Both the position numbers and the translations under genes were made by a program. DNA of 63,422 nt, filler included, from Vannella sp. (taxonomy: Eukaryota), in assembly GCA_023345925.1 (NCBI GenBank). It is 7 parts of 7 records of this genome, joined end to end, with 100 filler letters (N's around TTAATTAATTAA, not from the genome) between each part and the next. Parts side by side here need not be neighbours in the genome. Positions count along the whole stretch, not along the records: positions 31,638 to 54,470 come from JAJQQN010001083.1; 6 more parts are not named here. One strand, written 5' to 3'. This document shows, in pieces, positions 33,222 through 44,972 of the stretch. Numbering within the stretch: the stretch's first letter is position 1; every line of letters begins with the position of its first letter. The notes under the pieces were generated by a model. That model searched no databases. It saw only the letters and a list, made by a program, of their open reading frames with translations, and was not told the DNA's origin.

Positions 33222-36200
33222 ATGGAACTGTTGGGTGTCTTGTGTGCCAGAGAGCACCACCCAGCCTTTACTGTTGGGCTGCTTGGTCTTCCTATCACAT
33301 CTCCAAAGGCTCCTCGCGAGAAACGACTCCCTCAGAGCCTCAGACAATCTCGTTTCAAGTTGCCAAGGGGACCTCCAGTTGACACCCGGAATAGAGCGGG
33401 AAATAGAGCTTTGGGTGATAGTGCCTCGGTCTTGCACGGGTCAGGACAGGAGACCATCTCTATTCCTTGCCATCCACCTTCAATCCCCACTCCACAAGTG
33501 GACCTGGATGAACCCCCATCCCAGCGAAGCTCAGTTCCGATTCAAAGTGATGTGAACCACTTCTTTAGAGTTGTGATCAAACAGAGCAGCTCCCATTTGC
33601 TGCGCTTCTTGCGCTCAAATGCTCAACGGATTCAGATTAATCAAAGTCTTGACGACCCTTCGCTGAGTCAGCGAGGAGGCCCTTTCTGTGGATGGACAGC
33701 CCTTCATATTGCAGCCTTCAAGGGAGACATTCAGATGGCACAGATTTTACTCGATCATGGAGCCAAGGTCAATCAACCGGCTTCCTTGCAGACCGAAGTA
33801 AGTCGAGCCTTGCTTGTTAGTGACAGCACAAGTAATGAAAAGTAGACAGCGCTAGCCATTGCTACTTGGAAGCAACACGAACCAATGGTTGCTTGGTTGC
33901 TGGAAAAGGGAGCCAACGTACATTCAAAGAATGTAAGTCGTGGAGGACAGCAGCCGATTCATTTGAGTGCGATGATGGGAAACGAGGCAATCTTTCACAT
34001 ACTTCATCGAGCAGGAGCTGATTTGCACTCTCGAACCTCTTCGTGTGGAGCTACCGCTGTTCAAGAACTTGCCGCACGGTGAGTATGAGACTAGTTTATT
34101 TCATTCTAACGATGGAAAAGACTTGGGCAGAAGCACATGATGGTGATGATGAAGAGCGAGCTAAACTTGCCAATATCTGGTTGTATTGACTTTGCCATTG
34201 AATCAAGAAACCCCGAAGTGAGTTTTCGCAAGGAAAGAGCGTAGTAGAGCTATTCTCACTTCTTTAGACAATGGCTTTGGCAGTGAGAGAGTCTGGTTCA
34301 AAGAGCTTGGCTGAGTTGCTTGCTCCTGCGTTTCAGTGTCTCAGCCTGGCACGAAATTCTGAAGCTTACAGTGAGACTATCATGGCACTTGTCAGTAAGA
34401 TCAATTGGCTGGCTTTTGGAAACGTCTTCCCTTTCAGAATGATCCAATACGGGCTGGAGAGTTTATTTGCTTCCGCGCTGGAGTACTGGCTAGACAGCAT
34501 TTCTATTCAACGGGTCTCTGGCTTTCAGTACAATGACCAAACCCTTTTGTATTATTCATGTGCTTGTCAACAAGTCGGATTAGTCCGCTCGCTCATTCAG
34601 GCTGGTGTGGAGGTCGACATCACATCCAATGCCGAAACTCCTCTAACTTTAGCGGCCAAACTGGGAAACGCTGATATCTGTCGTATTCTCATCGAGAATG
34701 GAGCCCAATTGATCCCCAAAACCACTCATATTCCGTTGCACAAGGCGGCAAGGGAGGGCCATGTAAAAATATGTGAGATTTTACTCGAACAGGGTCAGCG
34801 TTCAGAACAACTGAGCAGGCTAGAGACTCTCTCTGACATGAGCCCCCTTCAAATTGCGACCAAGTCATTGCATCATGGAGTAATGGAGCTGTTGCTTTAT
34901 TACAAGGCTGACGTCGATCAAAGACATCCTCGGACAGGCCATACAGCTTTGCATTTCGCAGTATCAGCAAACGCGGAATCAGAGTGCTCTAACCGTATTG
35001 CTGCTGTTAATATCCTTTTAGGCGCTGGTGCAGATATCTTTGCTACATGCCAAACAATGCTTGGAGATGAGAGTGTTATCGAATTGGCAAGGGCTAGCCC
35101 AGGACTCATTGGTCACTTGATCTCCCGCGGAGCCCATGTGCCATCTGTGGAGGAAATCACTGGGAAGGCACAAGAATTAGCCCGTAGGGCTGGCAAAATC
35201 TGTGTGTTTGACGACGAACCAACTGATCAAGAGAAAGCGATCATTCTTGGAGTCTGCAAAGACCAGCCAGAACAGAGCCCTCAAAATCACACTGTCCAAA
35301 CCTCGGTAGTGTTTCGAGCAAAGCCCAGGGCATGGAAGACTGTTCGACTGTTCCTTTCGTCAACTTTCGTCGATATGAAGTCTGAGCGAGAGATCCTCAT
35401 CAAAAGGGTGATTCCCAGAGTCAAAGAGGCCTGTGCGAAGAGGAGCATTCACTTGGTGGATATTGATTTGAGGTGGGGCATCACGGAAGAGGCAGTCCAG
35501 ACTGGAGCTGCATTGGAAGTCTGTTTGAGCGAAGCCAGCCAATGTGACATCTTCTGCGGGATGATTGGATCTCGCTACGGATGGGTTCCTGAACCTTCTC
35601 AAATTCCCCAGTGCATTGCTGACGCCTATCAGTGGAGAGCTGGGCATTCAATCACCCACATGGAGGTGCAAGAGGGCGTACTTCGACGACTTCTCCCTCA
35701 ACAAACGATTCTAGACAACTGCCGTGCACTCTTTTTCTTCAGAGATGAATCGATTGCCAACTCTGTACCTTCATCCTATCAATGTGACTTTGCAGAGAGT
35801 GATCCTGTGAGTAAGGCAGGATTGGCCAAGCTGAAGAACCAGATTCGTGCTTCAAAGCAACCAGTCTTTGACTATTGCCCTTCCTTTGGCCTACAAGACT
35901 CATTCCCTTCCTTTACTGGGCTAGAGGAGTTTGGAGAATTGTTTGAAAATCAAGTTATGAAGGCGATAGAAGAATTGCACCCTTCAAGTGATGAAAATTT
36001 GGAAGACCCACTTGAAGCGGAGCGCAGTTTCCATCGTTCTTTTATAGAGATGAGAAGCTCGTCTTTCTTAGGTCGCCAGCACCTTTTGCAAGAGATCCTC
36101 ACTGAAGTAGAAGCTCAAATTGACGGATCGCAAGTATTGGTTATCCATGGAGGAGCTGGGAGTGGGAAAAGTTCACTTATGGCGACTTTGGCACATTTGA

Positions 36201-39200
36201 TGTGCCAACAAAACTCTTCGCATGAGATGTTCATTCTCCCTCACTTTATTGGGGGCAGTCCAAGGAGCATATCAATCACTGACACGCTTTCTCGCATCTG
36301 CGAAGAACTTTTAAGAGAGTTTGAGTTACTGGAGGTTCTCGCCACCGAATACGAGACCCTCGTACAGCAATTCCGAGATCTGTTAGAGAAAGTGTCTTCT
36401 CATGGTCAGAAGAAGCTCGTTATCTTTATTGACGCTCTCAATCAACTCGATGCCTCTCATCGATCTCATAATTTGGCTTGGTTACCGCAACTGGTGCCTG
36501 AGAGAGTAGCCATCGTTGTTTCTTGTCTTCCCTCTGACTGTTTGGAGGTCTTACGGACAAGGGCTACCTCGAAACTTATCGAAGTTCCTCTACTTTCGGA
36601 TGATGACCGAAACGAGATTATCACTCAAACTTTGGGTCGCTTCCAGAAGCAACTGAATGGCCAGCAGCGGATGGCAATTCTCGCTAAACCAGGAACAAGT
36701 AATCCTTTGTATCTGACCGTCCTCTGTGAGGAGCTGCGCATCTTTGGAGACTTTGAAAAGCTGAATGAAAAGATACAGGACCTTGCTATCGATACTCCTA
36801 CGCTGTTAGACCAAGTACTGGCGCGTTTGGAGTTGGAATTTGGGGATGCATTGGTCAGGACATCACTAACACTGTTAGAGTGCAGTCGCTTTGGTCTGGC
36901 TGATGATGAGCTCCTCAAGATGTTAAACGTTACCAGCCAGATGGAATGGAAGGAGTTTTACATCGCCATCAAATTCTATCTCCGTCCGTTAGGAAACACT
37001 GACAAAGTGTTAGACTTCTTTCACCGCCAAATTTCGAAGGCAGTCTCTCGAAGGTATTTAGAGGACTCTCCTGCTTCCGTCATTGGTCCTCATCAAACTC
37101 TGGCTGCATTCTACCTCGAGCAAATTGAGTCTGATCTAGTTCAACCAAGACACTTCTCCGCAGTCATCTATCATCTTCGGCATGCTGGCAACTGGAATGG
37201 TCTCCGATACTTATTGACAAGGTTATCCTTTTTGGAACAAAAGTGCCGATTGGGAATGGCTTTTGACCTAGCGTTGGACTACCGGAAAGTAATGGCCACT
37301 GAGAACATTCCAATCGACCTTCTTGAGGACTTGCAACCGTATTCTCGGTTTGTCACCTCCAACGTTTATTATTTAGACCAGTTCCCCCAAACATTCACAC
37401 AATTAGCCGTTAACTCAAGAGAATCAGTTATTCATTCCGACGCTCTTGCAGCTTTTGAATCTCGCAAGAGGGAGAATGGCAATATCCTCCCTATGATGAA
37501 GTGGATGAATAAGAGAGAAAACAAACTGGAACGTCAAGAACTGCACACGTTCCTCGTAGGATCTCGAGTCAATTGTGCACAATCGTCTCCTGATGGAAAA
37601 TACGTTGCAACAGGAGATATCTCAGGGATTGTGAAGTTATTCAAAAGCTCCACTGGTGAGCAAGTAGCAATACTAGTTCGCAGTCCAACTCGCATCACTT
37701 CCCTTGTATTCTCTAAAGATGGGAAGTACTTGGCGAGCACATCTGGTCAAAAAGTTTACATTTTCGACATCTCCCGCAAGGTGCTTTTGCAGGATATTCT
37801 GGTTGGCGAGGAAGGTGACGAACTCTTATGCATTGACAGCGATTCTTCTTGTGTTGGAGAAACGTGCAATTTTGTGACTGGAGGCTCTAACGGTACACTT
37901 TATCAGATCCGTTACAATTCAGGAAAGCTCTGTAAGAGTGTCTTGGCCAAAGGAGTTGGAGTAATTCAGTGCTGTGCCTGTTTGAAGGTCACAGAGGGAG
38001 TCATTTATTCTCAAGGAAACAATCTTGTCTATTACAATAGCAGAGAATCCCTGATTATGGCGGGACATTCCAAGCTCATTCAAGGTTGTGCCTTGCTCAA
38101 GAATGACGAATGGGCTGTCTCTTGCTCACAGGACCGCACATTATGTGTATGGAATCTCAAAAGAAAGGACTCAACCCCTTCCTTGGTTTTAGAAGGACAC
38201 ACGGACAATGTTTCTTGTTGTGCGGTGACAATGGATAACCGATTTATCGTATCAGCAAGCTGGGATAAGCGAGTCATTATTTGGGATATTGAGACGATTT
38301 TAAAGCAGGCTTCTTCTCCTCAAGATAGCTTTGAGCCAGTAATGGCTACTCTTGGAGATCACGCTCACTTTGTCAATCATGTGGCTATTTGCCAGTCAAC
38401 AACCACTGTCCTTTCATCCTCTGCTGACACAACTGTCAAGATGCTGCAGCTTCCGGATTGCTCTTTGAAAAAGTTCAAAGAAGATTCTCAAGACTTCGGC
38501 AAACCTCATTCAGATCTAGTTTGTGGAATGGACTACGATCGGAAGAGAGGGGTTATTGCTACTGCCTCATGGGACCGCACTGTAAAGCTACTGAGAGCAG
38601 AGAATATCTCGTGCTTGCGACTGTGGAGTGACCATTCAAAGAGGGTGAATGATGTCAAGTTCAGCCCAATTTCATTCTCTCTCGTAGCAACTGCTTCAAT
38701 GGACCAGACAGTTAAGATTTGGGAGACAGACAGCAGCGTACCGAAGAAAACACTTTCAGGACACAAAGGTCCAGTGATGGCTGTAGCCTTCTCACACGAT
38801 GAATTGATTGTAGCGTCCGGATCAGCAGACCGAACCATCAAATTTTGGCAGGTTTCTACTGGTAGATGCATTGAGACATTGCAAGCGCACTCTGGATGGG
38901 TTGATTCACTCAGTTTCTCGCGGAGGTCGAGACTCTTGGCCTCTGCTTCAGTAGATGGAGAGGCAAAAGTCTGGGATTCCTCCAATGGCTCTCTTTTGGC
39001 TCATTTGAAAGGACACACTGCTGCCATTCTGGATATTCGCTGGTCATTGGACGACCACTTCTTGGCTACTTCAAGTGAAGACCGGACTTGTAAAATTTGG
39101 CAAGCTGGGACATGGAACTGTGTTCAGACACTCCAAGGACATCAACATGAGGTCACAACGTCCGTGTTTCTTGATGAGCAGGCAGACTTGACCAATCTTT

Positions 39201-39394
39201 TCAAGTGCCAGACACTTTTGGCGACTTCATCAAGTGACCAAACCATTCGATTCTGGAACTACGCCACAGGAGAGCTACTCTGGCTCTACTGCGGAGAGAA
39301 CGCGTTCATGTACCTCGTTCACATGAAGGACTTTGACTTTTCAGCCGGAGATTCCCGAGGGGGCATTCATCTTCTCACTCTCTCCTCCAATTGA
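33222..39394 (+). CDS. NLR-like STAND protein: ankyrin repeats - DUF4062 - NACHT - WD40 (NWD1/TEP1-like)
   Basis: Ankyrin motifs (GWTALHIAA, ETPLTLAA, GHTALHFA); DUF4062 (FLSSTF.DM..ER, DLRWG, GSRYG, SITHME); Walker A GGAGSGKS; Walker B VIFIDALNQL; more than 12 GH..WD repeats; three short 5' introns. Confidence 0.9.
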
Positions 39395-39562
39395 ACCAGC
39401 GCACCACTTCTTGGTATAAATCACTCTCAGACTACTCACTGGCAGAGCCAAGAAAGGGTGAAAGTCGCCCCAAAAGGGCGGGAAACTTCATTCTTTGGTG
39501 GGATGCGGGTTCGGAAAGCTCCCGCTTTGGGGGAGTGTCACTTTCGAGTATCTGTGAACTCG

Positions 39563-41432
39563 ATGGGGAACATGGCAACGGGTCGGCACTCGTTTAAGGA
39601 GTTCCTCCGAGGTGGGAGGACGTCGTTGGTGGTGTCAGGCGCAACCGCAGAGGAAGTGAGGGAGATCATTCGGGCGCTCCCACGAAACCCTGATCTTCAG
39701 CAGCTTCATCTCTTTCAAGGACAATACGGGGAAGAGATGGCTCTGGGCCTGCTTGAAGCGATCCAGGAAGGAGCTCGCCATCTTTTGCGGCTCGATCTTC
39801 ATCAGAGCCAGCTCACTTCACGTTTTCTGGGTGCTCTCTTCGCCAAACCGTTTCCTATGAACTCAGTTGACCTTTCAAACAACCAGATCGATGACATTCC
39901 TTGGTTACAAAGAGACTCCGCTCCCCAGAACTTTTCTCTCTTCCTTGATGGCCAGTTCCTCGTGTCTCCTCAGCAGATCTTTACTCAAATACCTTCCATT
40001 AGTCGCTGTTCACTCTCTGGATGTGGTCTGGGAGACAAAGAGCTGAAGAAGATCATCCAAGTCATTCGTATGAGACATCAATCGACCATCAAAGGCCTCG
40101 ATTTGTCGAGCAACCGCATTACCAACATTGGTTGTGCCTATCTTTGTAACACACTGCTCCATACAAGCTCCTACTTGGAAGAAATCAGTCTCCAAGATAA
40201 TCTGTTCTCAGAGGCGGGGAGATACCAGCTTGTAAAAGCATTGGAAGTGAATTTCCGAGTCACATCCTTCCTTCCTAAGGACATATTGGAAGGTGAGTTC
40301 TCGAAGGGTGGCTGAGAGGCTAATCTTCTGATAGAGGCCAAGATAATGCGCAGGGAGTATTCAGGAAAGCGGCAATTGAAAGATTGGCTTCAGCAATTAA
40401 GCGTAGAACGCACCTGCGTTTCCTTCTACAAACGCCGGTTAACGTTGGATGAGTTATTGGGAGCTGATCTTAGAGAGGTCTTTTCTGAATTGCGCCCTTG
40501 TGATGTTCAAATAATCCAGCACGCTTTAGATCAACTCAAACGGCAGGCACGGAATAATTCTCAGATATTAACGACTATTCAGTATCAGAGTTACCGAATC
40601 GACCACATCCAGATATCTTCGCAAGTGGCTGAAGGTAACTTTTCGGTAGTTTTCTCTGGCTTTTGGCAGAAAACCGTCCCTGTTATCATCAAACGATTTA
40701 AATCATCAGACCTGGCCATTATTCACGACGAGTACAACGTTTTATGCTTTCTGAAGCATCCCAACATTATCACTTGCTATGGAAGAGCGATGGTGGATGG
40801 ACAAGAAAGTCTCATTTTTGAACAAGGTCTTGGAGACTATGCAACTCTTCGCACAAGTGATGCAAGGCTACGAGAATCTTTTGTGATAAGGAAAAAAATC
40901 GTGCAGGATGTGTGCAGAGCGATGATATTCCTAAAAAATAAGAAAATAGTACGTACCTTCTTTCAGCCCCTTTCACACCCACTAATAATCGGACTAGGTT
41001 CATAGAGACTTGAGTTTGAGAAATGTGATCCTCTTTGAAGACAAGGAGAAGCGGATCTATGCCAAAGTAACTGATTTTGGTCTCTCCAACTTCACAAAAC
41101 CAGTCTCTGTAGACTCGGCTATTCCACCAATCTATGAAGTCATTCAAGGCAGTTCTGTACCAGAGTTGGAAGCTCCCCCAGAAGCCAATTTTCGCCATTC
41201 CAGTCAATCTGATGTTTGGTCTTTGGGAATCCTTCTTTGGGAAATGTTTGAAAGCAAGTTCAAGCCAGTACAACATCGATTACTTCATGGTGGCACACTA
41301 CCACTCCCGCAAAAGTGCCCAAATGAGGTGTTTAGTCTCATACAACAGTGTTTGTGTATCGAAGAGGAGAAGAGAATCTCTCCCGAAGAGGCTTTGAGGC
41401 AAGTTGAAAGTTGGCCTTCTCAGGAGCTTTGA
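39563..41432 (+). CDS. LRR - SAM - tyrosine-kinase-like protein kinase
   Basis: RI-like LRRs (LRLDL, DLSNNQI, SLSGCGL, LDLSSNRI); SAM-like LKDWLQQLSV..HALDQLK; kinase motifs EGNFSVV, HPNII, HRDLSLRN (across intron near 40949-40997), DFG and SDVWSLG. Confidence 0.82.
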
Positions 41433-41447
41433 GGAGATGATAAACAT

Positions 41448-44400
41448 CTATTGTGAGAGAAAATGACGCAGAAGTCCCAGCTGGGCATCCGCTTCTTCTT
41501 GAATGCTGGTTTGGGCTCCAGGGATGGCAGAGGGAAGAATTAAGGTACAAATCTCCTCCAAAGTGATCTTCTCGTCATTCTCTTTGTCACCTTCACTAAA
41601 GGTCCAGTTGACCAAGGCAAACAGATCCGCTTCATACACCCCCTCATTGTAGTAGGAGCGTACCACAGCATCCAGCGTTCGGTAGTAATCGCCCTTATCC
41701 AGAGATCCAGTGTCGTTTAGGTCGTGTAGTTGGAAGTAAAAGCAGAGTTTCTCTTTCAGAGACCCCTTACTGGCTTCAGAAAGAAGAATAACTGTGCGTT
41801 CAAAGTCCGCTTCTGGCACCTCTGTTTCGAAATCACATGCTCGCTTAAACATAGCTGGAACTAAGTCCTGTCTCCATTCTATCCAAGGAATAAGGGCCAA
41901 AAGTATCGCACCAAACTCTGCCTCTCCAACAGTAAAGGTATCTGGCGATGCAACATCTTCGAAGACAGTGAAGACTTGATGAAGCTCAGGCATTTCGAAC
42001 TTGGCGCGGCCTGCGACCATTTGAAGCGCAGAGTGTTTTGTTTGCTTTTCCATAGCTTTGATCACACGGAATTTACCCTTATTTTGGAGTTCCTGGATAC
42101 TTCCTGTGTCCAGAGACTCCAAGTATTTGATGGCAGTCTTCAGAAGATCAGGACAGAAATGCAAGTCTCGAAGCATTACGACAATTTCGTCTCCTTCTTG
42201 CATTCCCATAAGCTCGCTCTCATAAGTTTTAAACACTGCTAATCCTACGGCGTAAAGCATTCGGCCCTGAAGAAAGAAGAACCAGTCGAGTATCTGCAAC
42301 GAGATCTCAAGAGGAAGGTAACCGATAAACAAGCAAATGAACCAGCCCTGAGTTATCATACCAATCTGCACATCAACACTTTTAAGGTGAGCCGTCAGTC
42401 GTGGGAGAGTCTTTGCCAAAAGCTCTTCAAAGGTGTTTTGGTCCACAATACTCCCGATCATATGTTGTCCAAAGTTTTCTGGGACCAAGTCTTCACAAAT
42501 TGAAGCCAAAACCCAAAAGGCCTTGTTCCAGTCAGAATTCAGTCTTTGTCAAACTTGGTACGAACCCATTCTTCAGGAAGATAAACCAAAAGTAGAGCTG
42601 CGATGATATTCATGGCCTGGCAGTATCCAACAGTTGGGTTTCTCGCCGCATAGGCCCTCAGAATGTTCTCAAGTGAGCTAATTCCTTCATCCTGCGACAG
42701 TCAGAAAGCAAAAAGGGGGAAACAGACTAACTGTTTGAAATAGCTCGTGGGCAGGGAAACTACGGTGAATGTCTTTGCGAATTTGCTCAAGAGTATCCTC
42801 ATCAATACTTTCGCCAAGTAAGGAATGATAAAGACCTAGTTGGGGCGCGCAGTGGGACTTGTAAATGGCTCCAGAAAAAAGTGGCCAAGCCCAAGAGCGG
42901 TGGGCATCCGGGATTCCAGTTGCCTTTAACAGTGAGTAGAGTTTCTCTGTATCCTCAACCATTCCTGTCTTGCGCCCATGTTTCTTGAAGTAGTCTTCCC
43001 ATTCTCCTTGTGCTTCCAATTGACTGGCCTGGTATTCTGGACTAAACTCCTGCTGATCATCAAAAAGCTTTCCCATTCCTACTGGTACAATGCCGACTGG
43101 TACTTCTATGAACAAGAGTAGATCCAGTTCTGTCAATGCCCGATTCCACTTGTCGACAATTGCACTGAATGTTGCGTCTCTTTCCTTTGAAGACTCGAAC
43201 ACAAATAGATAGCGTCTATGGCGATCTGTTATCTTAATCGCTTTTGCTCGGACTCCCAACATGTTGTTCTCTTTGATAATCGTCCGCGCTTCCCGAAAAG
43301 GTACAACCAACTGGGAATGTGAGTGATTAGAGACAAGAATATTGCATACTCACCCTCACGTCCTTTCCTTTGGTAGTTTGGAAACAAAGGAAATGCTTGG
43401 AGATAAAGAGCTGACCGGTCTTGAAGCTCTTTCCTTCCCAAGTTCGACAAGCGAACTCTTGAAGATGGCGCTCCTCCGTGGGAAGCCGGAACTTCTTATT
43501 GTAAGTCTGATAGACGTGCCTCGTCTCTCCCTTTGGTTTGACAGAACCTCTAAATGTGTGTTTCAGAATTGGTTTCCAGACCAAGGCAACCAGGCTTACC
43601 CAGCAACTGAAATGCTTCTCATTCTAGAAGCAGAGATACTTTGCCTTCTTCCTGAAGTGGAGTGGACTGAATCCTCTGCAAGTGAACTGTTCAGCTCTGC
43701 GGAACGGAGAAGTTTCCCCATAACTCCGTTCCATGACTGTTCCAAAACTCCTGCTACTTCGTCACGATTCAGAAAACCGTAAACAAATATCTCAGGTGCC
43801 TCAGCTCCATCTTGGTTCGTGTATCGTATCGAAATCGCGGTGTCTCGCGCAAGACATCGCCGCCTCTTAATAGCAGACACTTCTTTCCAAGGAACCACAG
43901 TTTGAAGGCCCTTTTCCTGCCCTACATCACGGTCTTCTAAAACGCAAAGGTAGTTCTCCGACACGTAAATAGTGACCGCAGTACGCTTCCACAAAAGACA
44001 CTTAAACACTATTCCCAATATTGGTAGATGTTCAGACTCTCAACCCTTCACAGCTCTTCTGCCTTACCTTCTACCAGTTTTTCTTCCTTAGGAAAGTGAA
44101 AAGATTGGTTGAACAAGAGAGATTGAGCGTCCCGAAGCTGTGCCTCTTGCATTCTCATAAAGCTGTTGACCCGGAGTTAAGTCTTAAGGTATTGAGCTTC
44201 AAGAGATCTAACCTGTCGCATTTGACCAGAAGAAACTCGCTTATCTCCTTATGAGAGTCTCGAGCATTGTTCTTTCGAAGGTCTGGCATCACTTGTGTTT
44301 GAATAACGTTCCACTGCTCTTCTACTTCGTCTGCAGTATCTCCCACTACATAAAAGGCTTAAACTTACGGTGGCTCAGCATGACCGCAAGGCTGTTCCTA

Positions 44401-44588
44401 CCTGCAACCACAAAAGAAGTGAAGGGCGCACGCAGAATTACGCGATACGGTCCCCAACGGGCTTTGCCAAGGCCCACAGCTCCAAGTAACAGGCTTTGCT
44501 TCCATCTCAGAAGCTCAAAGAACTCATTGGAGCCAAGAACGTCAGCCTCGTACTTGCTCTCCAAAGAGACAGGCTCGATCCAACCCAT
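41448..44588 (-). CDS. TBC1D8/TBC1D9-like RabGAP (GRAM-GRAM-TBC-EF-hand)
   Basis: Two GRAM-like segments; [19 protein letters not shown] and GYCQAMN; EF-hand [12 protein letters not shown]; multi-exon. Confidence 0.88.
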
Positions 44589-44685
44589 TCCCGAAATAAT
44601 AAGTGCATTCTCGGTGTCTCCTTACTTACATCCAATCCTATCTGTGGAAGAAGCATCAAAAACAAACCTCCTTACAAAATAGATG

Positions 44686-44756
44686 TGCATCAGCCGGGAA
44701 TCGAACCCGGGTCCAACGCTTGGAAGGCGTCGATGCTGCCACTATACCACTGATGC
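44686..44756 (-). tRNA. tRNA-Gly(TCC)
   Basis: Acceptor stem GCATCAG/CTGATGC; anticodon arm GACGC-CTTCCAA-GCGTT; T-arm CCGGG-TTCGATT-CCCGG; downstream T-run. Confidence 0.95.
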
Positions 44757-44928
44757 TTGCCCCTGAAGACATTAAAATTGCCAATCAAACAAAATCTACA
44801 AGGTGTTTGTGGTGTTGGTTTTGTCTCTCTGTCTTTCTGTATTTTTTAGCGGGTCGCCCCAGCATCCCAGGGACATTTGGGGTTTACCAGACCTTCCGAT
44901 GGCACTCGGCCTTTCACTTTTCTGTTAA

Positions 44929-44952
44929 TTTTAGGGTTTTAGGTCTTGTTGG
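44929..44952 (+). repeat. Telomere-like motif TTTTAGGGTTTTAGG
   Basis: Directly visible just downstream of the Pif1-like copy A stop codon. Confidence 0.55.
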
Positions 44953-44972
44953 AAGAGTGCTTTTGGGTTTGG

